A stretch of 64,000 nt of DNA from Proteobacteria bacterium UBA981 (lineage in GTDB: Bacteria > Pseudomonadota > Gammaproteobacteria > Ga0077536), in NCBI GenBank assembly GCA_002292285.1, contig DBBP01000021.1, positions 12,328 through 76,327 of the forward strand, in the 5' to 3' direction. Below, piece after piece: positions 48,629 through 58,265 of the stretch (its first letter is position 1; each line of letters starts with the position of its first letter). The notes under the pieces are model-generated. The model had not been told where the DNA came from and ran no database searches. It worked only from the letters and a program-made list of their open reading frames with translations. Made by a program: the position numbers and the translations under genes.

Positions 48629-50068
48629 TCAGGCGTAGTGCTGCGGCCGACGACCAGCCCAGGGCAAGGCCTGCTCGAGTTGCCCCGCCAGACTGTAAAG
48701 CGTTTCCTCGTCGCTCATCCGCCCGACAAACTGCATCGCTATCGGCAGCCCCGCCTTTGATTGCCACAACGGCAACATCACGGCCGGTTGGCCGGTGGTG
48801 TTAAACAGCGGCGTAAACTGGGTGTAGTCGTACATCATCTGGTCCCACCAGTCGCGCGGCCCCACGCCGCTTGCGTTCTGGTTGAGTACACCAAGCTTCG
48901 CGACTTCGCCGCCAAGCCCCGGCGTCAGCAGCACGTCGCAATCGCGCATCACCGCACCGACCGTTCGCGACACCGCGTTCTGCACCCCCATGGCCCATTC
49001 CATTTTCATCGCGTTGAGCGACTGCGCGTAACGATAAACTTCCAGCGTCACCGCCTCGACCGTGCGCTTGCCGATTTTGCGTCCGGTCATCGCGGAGAAC
49101 TGTTCCATGAAATGACCCAGTGTTGCCGCCCACAGCATGATGGACGATTCGTTGAACGTTTCGGCATCGTACTTTAGCCGTACCGGCTGGCACACATGGC
49201 CAAGATCTTCGAGCAGCTTGCAGGTGTCCTTCAATCTGGCGCGCTGCTCGGCAGCTGCGCGTGCAGTACCAGGCAACTGATCAATGACACCAATCCGGAG
49301 CGATTTGGGTGCTGTCATTGCTGCGGACAAAAAACTGCGCGTTGGCGGCATCGCGGCATAGAAATACCCATCATCCGGACCGGCGACAGCATCGAGCAGG
49401 GCCGCAGAATCTCGCACCGTGCGGGTTTCAACGAACTCGATGGCAAGTCCCCACAGAAACATGCCGCCGTCGGGACCTGTTGGGGTGCGGCCTCGTGACG
49501 GCTTCATACCCACAACGCCATTGCACGCGGCCGGAATGCGAATCGAGCCACCACCGTCATTGGCATGCGCAATCGGTACGATTCCAGAGGCCACTGAGGC
49601 ACCCGCGCCACCAGAAGAGCCACCGACGGAGTGACCGGTATTCCACGGATTACGCGTCGGTCCGTACACCACGGCTTCGCTGCTCGCGTTGAAAGCCATT
49701 TCCGGTGTAGTGGTGGTGCCAACAGTGACCAGGCCCGCTTTGCGCATGCGGCTCATGAGTTCGGTGTCGGCGTCGAACTGGATGCCGGCCGCCAGCCGCG
49801 AACCCGCCGAAGTCTTCATGCCTTTGAAATGCATGCCGAACTCTTTAACCAGAAACGGCACGCCGCTAAACGGGCCGGGCGATAAACCCCGACGGATCTC
49901 GGCCTGCGCTTCCTTACGCAGGACCTGCACAACACAGTTCAGTTCGGGGTTGAGCCGCTCGATGGCAGCAATCGCGCAATCGACCAATTCCTGCGCCGAA
50001 ACCTCGCGGCGCCGAACCAGATCGGCCAATCCCAGTCCGTCATAGCTGCTGTATTGTTCAATGCTCAT
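48629..50068 (-). CDS. Amidase signature family enzyme (NylA-like)
   Basis: YDGLGLADLV, GVPFLVKE, GGSSGG, HANDGGGSIRIPA. Confidence 0.92.
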   Translation of the reverse strand: MSIEQYSSYDGLGLADLVRRREVSAQELVDCAIAAIERLNPELNCVVQVLRKEAQAEIRRGLSPGPFSGVPFLVKEFGMHFKGMKTSAGSRLAAGIQFDADTELMSRMRKAGLVTVGTTTTPEMAFNASSEAVVYGPTRNPWNTGHSVGGSSGGAGASVASGIVPIAHANDGGGSIRIPAACNGVVGMKPSRGRTPTGPDGGMFLWGLAIEFVETRTVRDSAALLDAVAGPDDGYFYAAMPPTRSFLSAAMTAPKSLRIGVIDQLPGTARAAAEQRARLKDTCKLLEDLGHVCQPVRLKYDAETFNESSIMLWAATLGHFMEQFSAMTGRKIGKRTVEAVTLEVYRYAQSLNAMKMEWAMGVQNAVSRTVGAVMRDCDVLLTPGLGGEVAKLGVLNQNASGVGPRDWWDQMMYDYTQFTPLFNTTGQPAVMLPLWQSKAGLPIAMQFVGRMSDEETLYSLAGQLEQALPWAGRRPQHYA

Positions 50069-50504
50069 TAGTTCGATTTCCCTCGTTTCTGTTGCCCCAG
50101 CGCCGTGCGGCTACCGCGCAGGCTTGCTTAGCAGAGTATCGAAATTGCCTGTCGCGTGACAGGTCCGCGCCACACCCGAGCCGTGTCCGCCGCGCGGCAA
50201 CGGGTCAATGTCCTGCTTCGCTCCGCAAACAGCGATGCTGAGATTGTGGACAGACGCCCAAAACCTCATTCGCAGCGTTGTTGCACATGCGATAGCGAGC
50301 CGAACGCTGTACTATTTCGGCGCTCAGATTCGATAACCTTCGCGCGAATTTCACCGTCGCCGTATGCCACCACGGCGCGTGTGAGGGTGAACCACGCGCC
50401 GGCGGTGACAACGGACTCTATTCAAGTTCCGGTTTCGCAACCGTACTGTCACTGTCGCTAATTGTCGGCCCCCACAGGGTGCCCAACGACGGGAAACTGC
50501 CTGG

Positions 50505-51305
50505 ATGATGACGTATTCGACCTTGAACGGTTGCAAGCCGCTGGCAATTGCGCTCACCACCCTCGTGGTCCTGCTCGGCCCGTGCCACTTGCCCGCCCAG
50601 CAAACGATCGACGCGGTGACCGCTGTCGGCGAACAACGCATCGCAGAAGGCGTGAGCGCGCAGCGCGAAGTTGAGCGCATCAGTGACCGCACAACGACGC
50701 TTGAAAGCGAATACCGGCAAATCACTAAAGTGGTCGAAGGTCTGACTGTCTACAACGGACTGCTGCAAAAGCAGGTCGACAATCAGCTCGATGAGGTCGC
50801 CGCCCTGAGCGACTCCATTAATAAGGTCGCGCTAATCGAGCGCCAGATTGTGCCGTTGATGATGCAAATGATAGCGACCCTGGATGAGTTCGTCGGCCTT
50901 GACGTACCGTTCCTGCCGCAAGAACGCGCCAAACGAGTCGTCGGTCTGCAAACGATGATGGAACGCTCGGACGTCACCGCGGCCGAGAAGTTTCGCCGCA
51001 TCATCGAAGCCTACCAAATCGAAAACGAATATGGCCGCACCATCGAGGCCTACAAAGGCAGTCTCAAACTTGACGGCGGCAATCGGGAAGTCAACTTTCT
51101 GCGCCTTGGTCGCGTTGCCCTGCTCTACCAGACGGATGGCGGCGAGCTGACCGGTGCCTGGGATCAAGCCGCAGGCAGTTGGCACGAACTGGCGCCGGAA
51201 GTGTACAAACATGACGTTGCCAAAGGCCTGCGCGTGGCACGTAAACAGGTCGCGCCCGATCTGCTCGTGCTGCCGATACGAGCGCCGACGGAGGCATCAC
51301 AGTGA
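50505..51305 (+). CDS. DUF3450 family protein (TtpB-like)
   Basis: LDVPFLPQER, AEKFRRIIEAYQIENEYGR, FLRLGRVALLY. Confidence 0.85.
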   Translation: MMTYSTLNGCKPLAIALTTLVVLLGPCHLPAQQTIDAVTAVGEQRIAEGVSAQREVERISDRTTTLESEYRQITKVVEGLTVYNGLLQKQVDNQLDEVAALSDSINKVALIERQIVPLMMQMIATLDEFVGLDVPFLPQERAKRVVGLQTMMERSDVTAAEKFRRIIEAYQIENEYGRTIEAYKGSLKLDGGNREVNFLRLGRVALLYQTDGGELTGAWDQAAGSWHELAPEVYKHDVAKGLRVARKQVAPDLLVLPIRAPTEASQ

Positions 51306-52672
51306 TTCGCGCACGTCTCGGCATCCTGCTCACATTGCTGTTGGCTGCACTCCCGTCAAGCTATGCGGCGGAGTCTTTATCACTTGATGCGCTGCTCGAG
51401 AAAGTCAAAGCAGGGCGCGTTCAGGATAGCCAGGAGAATGCCGCCCGAATTGCGACGTTCATGGCCAATCAATTACGCCAGAAAGAATTGTTTGAGCAGG
51501 CCAAGCAACAACAGGCCGCCAGCGAGGCGCGCTCCAAGGCGCTCGAGGTGAGCTTCGAGGACAACGATGCGCGTATCGTCGAACTCGAGCTCGCACTCGA
51601 AGAACGGCTGGGTTCGCTGAAAGAATTGTTTGGCGTGTTGCAGCAGGCGGCAGGCGATGCGCGCGGTCAGTTCGAGAACTCACTGACCCATGTCCAGTTC
51701 CCTGAACGCGTCGAGTTTTTAAGTGATCTGGCACAAAAGATGGGCCAAACCAGCCGTTTGGCCTCGATCGAAGAGATTGAACAGCTGTGGTTCGAGCTGC
51801 AGCGCGAGATGACTGAGTCCGGCAAGGTTGTGCGCTTTGCCACCAAGGTCATCGATGCCGGCGGCAATGAAGTTGAACGCGACGTGATTCGCATCGGTGC
51901 GTTTAATGTCGTTGCCGACGACAAGTACCTGCAGTTTGTGCCAGAAACCGGACGCCTCATCGAACTCAGCCGTCAGCCGCAAGCCCGTTATCTCGACAAG
52001 CTTGCGGCGCTCGCCGGTAGCATTACCGGCCCACACCCAATCGGTATCGACCCCTCGCGCGGACAAATCCTGTCACTGCTCGTGCAAACGCCGAACCTGC
52101 GCGAACGGATCGAGCAGGGCGGCGTGGTCGGCTATGTGATTCTCGCACTCGGCGCGATAGCGCTCGTCATCGCGCTCGAACGCCTGCTGGTACTGACCAT
52201 CACGGGTCTGCGCGTCGGCGCCCAAACGCGCAATCTGGACCAACCGACGAACAATCCGCTGGGGCGCATCCTGCAGGTTTACCACGCCAATCCGAACAGC
52301 GATATCGAAACGCTCGAGCTCAAGTTGTCGGAGGCGATCCTGCGCGAATCGCCGAAAATCAACCGGCTGTTAATCGTATTGAAAATTATCTCAGTCGTCG
52401 CGCCTCTGCTCGGCCTGCTGGGGACGGTTACCGGAATGATCATCACGTTCCAGGCCATCACGCTGTTCGGCACCGGCGATCCGAAACTGATGGCCGGCGG
52501 TATTTCGCAGGCCCTGGTCACTACGGTCCTCGGTTTGAGTGTGGCAATCCCGACGGTGCTGCTTCACACACTGGTGGCAGCGCGTGCGCGACGCCTGAAC
52601 CAGATCCTCGAACAGCAGGCGGCCGGCATGGTCGCCGTCCAATCCGAGCGCCAGCACGAGCCGGCGGCCTGA
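51302..52672 (+). CDS. TtpC-like long MotA/TolQ/ExbB family protein
   Basis: Long periplasmic N-domain followed by APLLGLLGTVTGMI...AGGISQALVTT. Confidence 0.88.
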   Translation: MIRARLGILLTLLLAALPSSYAAESLSLDALLEKVKAGRVQDSQENAARIATFMANQLRQKELFEQAKQQQAASEARSKALEVSFEDNDARIVELELALEERLGSLKELFGVLQQAAGDARGQFENSLTHVQFPERVEFLSDLAQKMGQTSRLASIEEIEQLWFELQREMTESGKVVRFATKVIDAGGNEVERDVIRIGAFNVVADDKYLQFVPETGRLIELSRQPQARYLDKLAALAGSITGPHPIGIDPSRGQILSLLVQTPNLRERIEQGGVVGYVILALGAIALVIALERLLVLTITGLRVGAQTRNLDQPTNNPLGRILQVYHANPNSDIETLELKLSEAILRESPKINRLLIVLKIISVVAPLLGLLGTVTGMIITFQAITLFGTGDPKLMAGGISQALVTTVLGLSVAIPTVLLHTLVAARARRLNQILEQQAAGMVAVQSERQHEPAA

Positions 52673-52678
52673 CGGCGG

Positions 52679-53215
52679 GTGGAGACGCTGTTCTACTACG
52701 TCCCGCCGCTTGAGGCGATACGCGACTTTTTCGAGCTGGGCGGTCAGGTACTGTTCCTGATTGCCCTTATAACGCTCGCGATGTGGGCGTTGATCTTCGA
52801 ACGAGCGCTGTACCTGCGCATTCGCTACCCGGCCGTCGCCCGCGCCGCTGTCGACAACTGGGATTCTCGGGCAGAGCGTATCTCATGGCACGCGCACCAG
52901 ATTCGCGAATATCTGATTTCCTCCGTCAGTCAGGAACTCGAGCGCAACATGCCGATGATCCAGACTTGTGTGGCGCTGTGTCCGTTGCTGGGTTTGCTCG
53001 GCACGGTAACCGGCATGATCGAAGTATTTGAAGTCATGGCCATCTCAGGCTCGGGTAATCCACGCTCGATGGCGGCCGGCGTTTCGAAAGCCACGGTACC
53101 CACCATGGCTGGCATGGTGGCGGCCTTATCCGGGGTGGCGATGAATGCCTGGCTACAACGCACGGTGGTGCGAGAGCGTGCTTTGCTCAGCGACCACATG
53201 ACGATGGACCACTGA
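52679..53215 (+). CDS. exbB: ExbB proton channel protein
   Basis: CPLLGLLGTVTGMI, GVSKATVPTMAGM. Confidence 0.88.
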   Translation: METLFYYVPPLEAIRDFFELGGQVLFLIALITLAMWALIFERALYLRIRYPAVARAAVDNWDSRAERISWHAHQIREYLISSVSQELERNMPMIQTCVALCPLLGLLGTVTGMIEVFEVMAISGSGNPRSMAAGVSKATVPTMAGMVAALSGVAMNAWLQRTVVRERALLSDHMTMDH

Positions 53216-53226
53216 AGGAACGCACT

Positions 53227-53637
53227 GTGAGACGAACGTTTGCACGCGCGACAACTGAAGAAGACGACACCGCCATCGACATCACTCCGATGCTGGACGT
53301 GGTGTTCATTATGCTGATTTTCTTTATCGTCACGGCGACGTTTGTCAAAGAAGCAGGCATCGATGTGAATCGGCCCGACGCGGCAACTGCGGTGAAACAG
53401 GAGAAAGCGAACATCCTCGTCGCCATCAATGAACACAACGAGATCTGGATTGATCGGCGCCAGGTCGACATCCGTGCCGTGCGCCCCAACATCGAACGCC
53501 TGCACGCGGAGAACCCGCAAGGGTCGGTGGTGATTCAGGCAGACAAAGAATCGAAAACCGAAACCCTGATTAAGGTCATGGATGCGGCCCGTTCGGCCGG
53601 CGTATTGAATGTTGCCATCGCGGCCCAGGAACCTTAA
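53227..53637 (+). CDS. exbD: ExbD
   Basis: DITPMLDVVFIMLIFFIVT, VIQADK. Confidence 0.93.
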   Translation: MRRTFARATTEEDDTAIDITPMLDVVFIMLIFFIVTATFVKEAGIDVNRPDAATAVKQEKANILVAINEHNEIWIDRRQVDIRAVRPNIERLHAENPQGSVVIQADKESKTETLIKVMDAARSAGVLNVAIAAQEP

Positions 53638-53648
53638 GGCCCGCATGA

Positions 53649-54302
53649 GTGGCTGAGCAGACTTTATTCAAACCGGCGAGCGACCGCGCCTACATAATGC
53701 GCATGGCGGCAGCCCTGTTAATTGGCGCGCTGGTCACGCTGGCGTTGTTCTGGGTGATGCAATACCTCATTGCCAGTGCAGATCGTGAGTATCACGAGAC
53801 ACGGCGCGGCGCGCTGGTCGATTTCGTCCGCCTGAAACGCGATGAAGTCATTGAGCGACGCCAGATCAAACCACGCAAACCGCCCGCACCCAAAGCACCA
53901 CCACCGCAACCGCCAACGCCCAAGCTCGATGAGATGAAGCCAAGTGCAGAGAAGATTGCTATCGGCGCTGTGCCCGTGCAAACGGATATTGATTTGTCAT
54001 CCGGCGGTTTCAGCCTGGGCGTAGGCGAAGGCGACTATTTGCCAATCGTTAAGGTCGCGCCGATTTATCCACAACGCGCACTAAGCCGAGGCATCGAGGG
54101 GCACTGCATTGTCGAGTTTACCGTGACCCGCGTAGGGACGACGCGCGACGTTGTGGCGCGCAAGGGAGAGTGCAGCAGTGCGTTCAAAAAGGCCTCGGTA
54201 GCGGCCGCGCTAAAGTTCAAGTACAAACCGCGTGTCGTCAACGGCGAGGCGATCGAGGTGGCGGGCGTGCGTAATAAATTCACCTTCAAGATCGAAGACT
54301 AA
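53649..54302 (+). CDS. tonB: TonB energy transducer
   Basis: N-terminal TM helix, Pro-rich linker, PIYPQRA..RGIEG, KFKYKP. Confidence 0.9.
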   Translation: MAEQTLFKPASDRAYIMRMAAALLIGALVTLALFWVMQYLIASADREYHETRRGALVDFVRLKRDEVIERRQIKPRKPPAPKAPPPQPPTPKLDEMKPSAEKIAIGAVPVQTDIDLSSGGFSLGVGEGDYLPIVKVAPIYPQRALSRGIEGHCIVEFTVTRVGTTRDVVARKGECSSAFKKASVAAALKFKYKPRVVNGEAIEVAGVRNKFTFKIED

Positions 54303-54304
54303 CA

Positions 54305-55615
54305 ATGCGGGCACGAACCATCTGGCTGGTACTGCTCATGCTAATGAGCGTCGCCCGTGCTTACGGAGCCGATGCCGATGTCGGCAAGGACGAGACACGG
54401 CTGACCGCTGCCATGAGCCAGGCTGTCTACGACGGTTTACAAGCGGCGCAAACGGTTATCGAGGCGAAACAGTTTGCCGATGGACTGGGCCAGCTACAGA
54501 AACTACGCGAGCGCAAGAATCTGTCCAGCTACGAGAATGCGCAAATTTGGAATCTCACCGCATACACCTACTACCTTCGAGAAGATTACAAACAATCGAT
54601 TGACGCCTATAACCATGTTCTCGAACAAGCCGGTCTGCCGCCCGGCTTATTGCAAAGTACGCTCAAAACATTGAGCCAACTGTATTTCACCGTCGAAGAT
54701 TACAACGGTGCACTGAGCACCGTCGATCGCTTGATCGAAGTTGTGCCCTCACCGAGCGCCGATGTTTATATGCTGAAGGGGCAAGCGCATTTCCAACTCG
54801 AGCAATACCGACAGGCGTTGGCCCCGATCAAGACCGGCATCGACCAATACGCTGCGCTCGGCAAGAAACCGCAGGAAAACTGGTTGCTGTTGCTACGCGT
54901 GTGCTACTACGAGCTAGCCGACTTCGACGGCATGCTGGTGGTCCTGAAGCAACTCATCCAGCTCTACCCGAAAGACAGTTACATACTGACGCTAGCTGGT
55001 GTGTACAGCGAGCTTGGCGATACCGAGAAACAACTCGCACTGACCGAAGCGCTGCTCGAGATGGGCCGCATCAGCGAACCTTCGCATATCGTCAATCTCG
55101 CCAATCTCTATCTCGTGCATGGCTTGCCTTACAAGGCTGCGCAGCTACTCAATGCGGAGATTGATCAAGGCCGCGTAGCGGGGAATGAACGAAATCTGCG
55201 TCTGCTATCGCAGGCCTGGTATCAGGCCCGGGAGGATGCCAGAGCATTGCCGCCACTGGCCCGTGCCGCCGCAATTTCCGACGACGGCGAACTTTACGTA
55301 CGCCTCGCGCAATCACATATCAATCTCGAACAATGGTCTGATGCGATCGCGGCGGTACGTAAGGGCATCGATAAAGGCGGGGTAGAACGACTCGATACGG
55401 CGCACCTGATGTTAGGCATGGCATTGTTCAACGAACGCAAGTTGGTCGCCGCGCGGCACGCCTTTAGTCAGGCGGTGACCGATCGACGCAGCGCGAGAGC
55501 GGCGCGCCAATGGCTCAGTTATGTTGATAGCGAGATGACTCGCGCATCGAGTTTCGAACAAACTGTGCCCGCACAGCAACGCCGCTTGCAGGATGCCATT
55601 CTCGACCAGTTGTAG
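54305..55615 (+). CDS. Exported TPR protein (TtpD-like)
   Basis: Signal peptide, repeated TPR-like helices, PYKAA motif, directly after tonB. Confidence 0.82.
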   Translation: MRARTIWLVLLMLMSVARAYGADADVGKDETRLTAAMSQAVYDGLQAAQTVIEAKQFADGLGQLQKLRERKNLSSYENAQIWNLTAYTYYLREDYKQSIDAYNHVLEQAGLPPGLLQSTLKTLSQLYFTVEDYNGALSTVDRLIEVVPSPSADVYMLKGQAHFQLEQYRQALAPIKTGIDQYAALGKKPQENWLLLLRVCYYELADFDGMLVVLKQLIQLYPKDSYILTLAGVYSELGDTEKQLALTEALLEMGRISEPSHIVNLANLYLVHGLPYKAAQLLNAEIDQGRVAGNERNLRLLSQAWYQAREDARALPPLARAAAISDDGELYVRLAQSHINLEQWSDAIAAVRKGIDKGGVERLDTAHLMLGMALFNERKLVAARHAFSQAVTDRRSARAARQWLSYVDSEMTRASSFEQTVPAQQRRLQDAILDQL

Positions 55616-55708
55616 TACGAGTCGGCTGTGCTTGTCCGACATTGGCGCTCGCCGCGCGTGACCCTCATCTGATACGGTTGCGGCGCGCCACACGAATCGC
55701 AGGAGCGA

Positions 55709-56929
55709 GTGTCAGAGGGAAACATGGCCGAAGGTGACCGCAGACAATTTTTTCGCCGCGTGCGTACAACACTGGCCGGTGCGGCGGCGGCCGTTGCAGC
55801 GCCAGCGGGGTTCACTCTCGACACGACGAAAGTACAAGGTGCCGTGGCGCGCGAATACGGCGCGCGCTCGCGCTACGAAACGCTTAAACGCTGGATCACG
55901 CCGGCGCGTTTCCTCGGCAGCACGGCCTCGTGGACACCGCTTGGCGAGCTGAACGGCATTATCACACCCTCGTCACTCCACTACGAAAGGCATCATGGCG
56001 GTGTACCCGATATCGACCCGGCCAGCCATCAGTTCCTCATTCACGGGCTGGTCGAGCGACCGCTGGTTTTTTCACTGGCGCAACTGCAGCGCTTTCCGAT
56101 CACCCAGCGCATTTGTTTTCTCGAATGTTCCGGTAACAGCTATACCGAATGGCGCACACCAAGCGCCCCGAGCGTACAGCGGTCGCATGGGCTGACGTCG
56201 TGCAGCGAATGGAGCGGTGTGCGCTTGAAAACCTTGCTCGCGGAAGCTGGCGTTATGACTGAGGCGAGTTGGGTGGTTGCCGAAGGTGCCGATGGCGCGG
56301 CGATGACCCGGAGTATTCCGCTCGCTAAATGCCTGGACGATGTGCTGGTCGCCTACGCGCAGAATGGCGAAGCATTGCGCCCTGAACAAGGTTATCCGCT
56401 GCGCCTCATCGTGCCTGGTTTCGAGGGCAGCATTAATGTGAAATGGTTAAGACGGCTGAAGATCGTCGACCAACCGTATTACTCGCGCGAAGAAACCTCC
56501 AAATACACCGACCTGCTGCCTGACGGCAGGGCGCGTGAGTTCACATTCACGATGGAGGCGAAATCCGTAATCACCGCGCCCTCCGCTGGCATGCGTTTGA
56601 GCGGCGCAGGCTTTCATGAGGTTCGCGGGCTCGCCTGGTCCGGGCGCGGCGCGATCACACGCGTTGAAGTGAGTGCCGACGGCGGCGAACACTGGCAAGA
56701 CGCGACCTTGCACGGCCCAGTGCTACCGATATGTCACACCCGGTTTACCTGCCCTTGGGAGTGGGACGGCACGCCGACGGCGCTCCTCAGCCGCTGCACC
56801 GACGAGACCGGTTACGTGCAGCCGACCCGAGAACAGTTGCGCAGTGTGAGAGGAGACAAATCCTTCTATCACTACAACGGTATTCAAAGCTGGCGAATCG
56901 GCGCCGATGGCACGGTGACGAATGGGTGA
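55709..56929 (+). CDS. soxC: Sulfite oxidase family molybdoprotein SoxC
   Basis: Tat motif RRQFF, LHYERHHGG, FLECSGN, EQGYPLRL, NVKWLRR, YHYNGIQ. Confidence 0.88.
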   Translation: MSEGNMAEGDRRQFFRRVRTTLAGAAAAVAAPAGFTLDTTKVQGAVAREYGARSRYETLKRWITPARFLGSTASWTPLGELNGIITPSSLHYERHHGGVPDIDPASHQFLIHGLVERPLVFSLAQLQRFPITQRICFLECSGNSYTEWRTPSAPSVQRSHGLTSCSEWSGVRLKTLLAEAGVMTEASWVVAEGADGAAMTRSIPLAKCLDDVLVAYAQNGEALRPEQGYPLRLIVPGFEGSINVKWLRRLKIVDQPYYSREETSKYTDLLPDGRAREFTFTMEAKSVITAPSAGMRLSGAGFHEVRGLAWSGRGAITRVEVSADGGEHWQDATLHGPVLPICHTRFTCPWEWDGTPTALLSRCTDETGYVQPTREQLRSVRGDKSFYHYNGIQSWRIGADGTVTNG

Positions 56930-57536
56930 CGCTCGTCGAAGTTCCCGTCATGACCGAAAACGCGCCAGGCGACGGGCAATCGTACGGCATTGGCCCATCA
57001 CCCTCATTCTCCTGACTGCCGCGGTGGTGAACACCGTCAACGCAGATGGTGAACACCAGCTGTTCTACGGTTTGGGTAAAGCCGCACCGGCCGATCTCAT
57101 CGCACGATGGGATATTGCCATCGGTCCGCGCGGTGACGAGTTGCCGACCGGGCACGGCACCGCAGTCGAAGGCGCGGTGCTGTACGCACTACAGTGCGCG
57201 TACTGCCATGGTACCAATGGCCACGAAGGCCCCGACCCCGTGCTCGTTGGCGGGCGCGGCAGTCTCGCCACATCATCGCCGGTACTCACCATTGGTAGCT
57301 ATTGGCCTTACGCAACAACCTTGTTCGACTATATCAATCGGGCCATGCCGTTTGTCGGGCCGGGGTCATTAAAGGCTAACGACGTCTACGCGTTGAGCGC
57401 CTATCTGCTTCACGCGAACGGCATCGTTGCTGAAGACGAAGTGATGGATCGCGATAGTTTGCCAAAAGTGCAGATGCCGAATCGCAGTGGGTTTATTCCC
57501 GACGCGCGTCCCGATACGGGTGCACAGCAACCGTAA
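56922..57536 (+). CDS. soxD: Monoheme cytochrome c SoxD-like
   Basis: CAYCH heme motif, TIGSYWPYATTLFDYINRAMP, VQMPNR. Confidence 0.85.
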   Translation: MGDARRSSRHDRKRARRRAIVRHWPITLILLTAAVVNTVNADGEHQLFYGLGKAAPADLIARWDIAIGPRGDELPTGHGTAVEGAVLYALQCAYCHGTNGHEGPDPVLVGGRGSLATSSPVLTIGSYWPYATTLFDYINRAMPFVGPGSLKANDVYALSAYLLHANGIVAEDEVMDRDSLPKVQMPNRSGFIPDARPDTGAQQP

Positions 57537-57629
57537 GTTGGGCCTCCACAAAAGCGTTGAACTTTGGCGCGCATCGCTCTCTCTTTGCTGCACCACGAAC
57601 GGACAGGAATTCGACGGGCATAGGGCACC

Positions 57630-58157
57630 ATGAGCATCAATACCTTAAAGACGAGTGCCGGCTTCCTGGCAACCATGCTGCGCAAAATCGGTGTGTTAAA
57701 ACTTCCCAGTGAATCTATTGAGGAGGTGTTCAACTACCTGGCGATCTCCGAATCGTTGTATACCTCGGGGCAACCGTCAGAATCCGAACTCGCGTTGGTC
57801 GCAGCATCGGGATTCACCACGGTCGTCAACCTTGCGCCGCATAACGCCGAGAATTCGCTGCAAGATGAAGCTGGGGTCGTTAACGGACTCGGACTTGAAT
57901 ACATCCACATGCCGGTCGATTTCAAGCGCCCCACCACAGAAGATTTCAGCGAGTTCGCGCAGATCATGACCAGACTTGCGGAGCGCAAGGTGTGGGTTCA
58001 TTGCGCCGCAAACATGCGTGTATCCGCTTTTGTTTATCGCTACCGAGTTCAGGTTCGTGGCGACGATATGGAGACCGCCGCCAACGATCTGCGTGAGATT
58101 TGGCAGCCGTTCGGTGTGTGGAAAACGTTTATTGACGCGGCAAACAAGAGCGGCTGA
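57630..58157 (+). CDS. DUF442/PTP-like putative sulfurtransferase
   Basis: TSGQP, VVNLA, YIHMPV, HCAANMR (CX4R loop). Confidence 0.75.
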   Translation: MSINTLKTSAGFLATMLRKIGVLKLPSESIEEVFNYLAISESLYTSGQPSESELALVAASGFTTVVNLAPHNAENSLQDEAGVVNGLGLEYIHMPVDFKRPTTEDFSEFAQIMTRLAERKVWVHCAANMRVSAFVYRYRVQVRGDDMETAANDLREIWQPFGVWKTFIDAANKSG

Positions 58158-58189
58158 AGAATCGGCGACCCCGAAGAAAGCGTACACCC

Positions 58190-58246
58190 AATTCGGGGAC
58201 AGTTACTGTATTTCCGCACTGGAAATACAGTGACTGTCCCCGAATT
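58190..58246. repeat. Palindrome with 26-bp arms (GGGGACAG...CTGTCCCC family); could also act as a bidirectional terminator
   Basis: AATTCGGGGACAGTTACTGTATTTCC-GCACT-GGAAATACAGTGACTGTCCCCGAATT, one mismatch; lies between convergent genes. Confidence 0.85.
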
Positions 58247-58265
58247 TGTTAGCAGCTGAATTGCG

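Noticed and set aside
27335-58246. CRISPR array from the repeated palindromes
   Set aside because: Copies are isolated and kilobases apart, with no spacer periodicity and no cas genes
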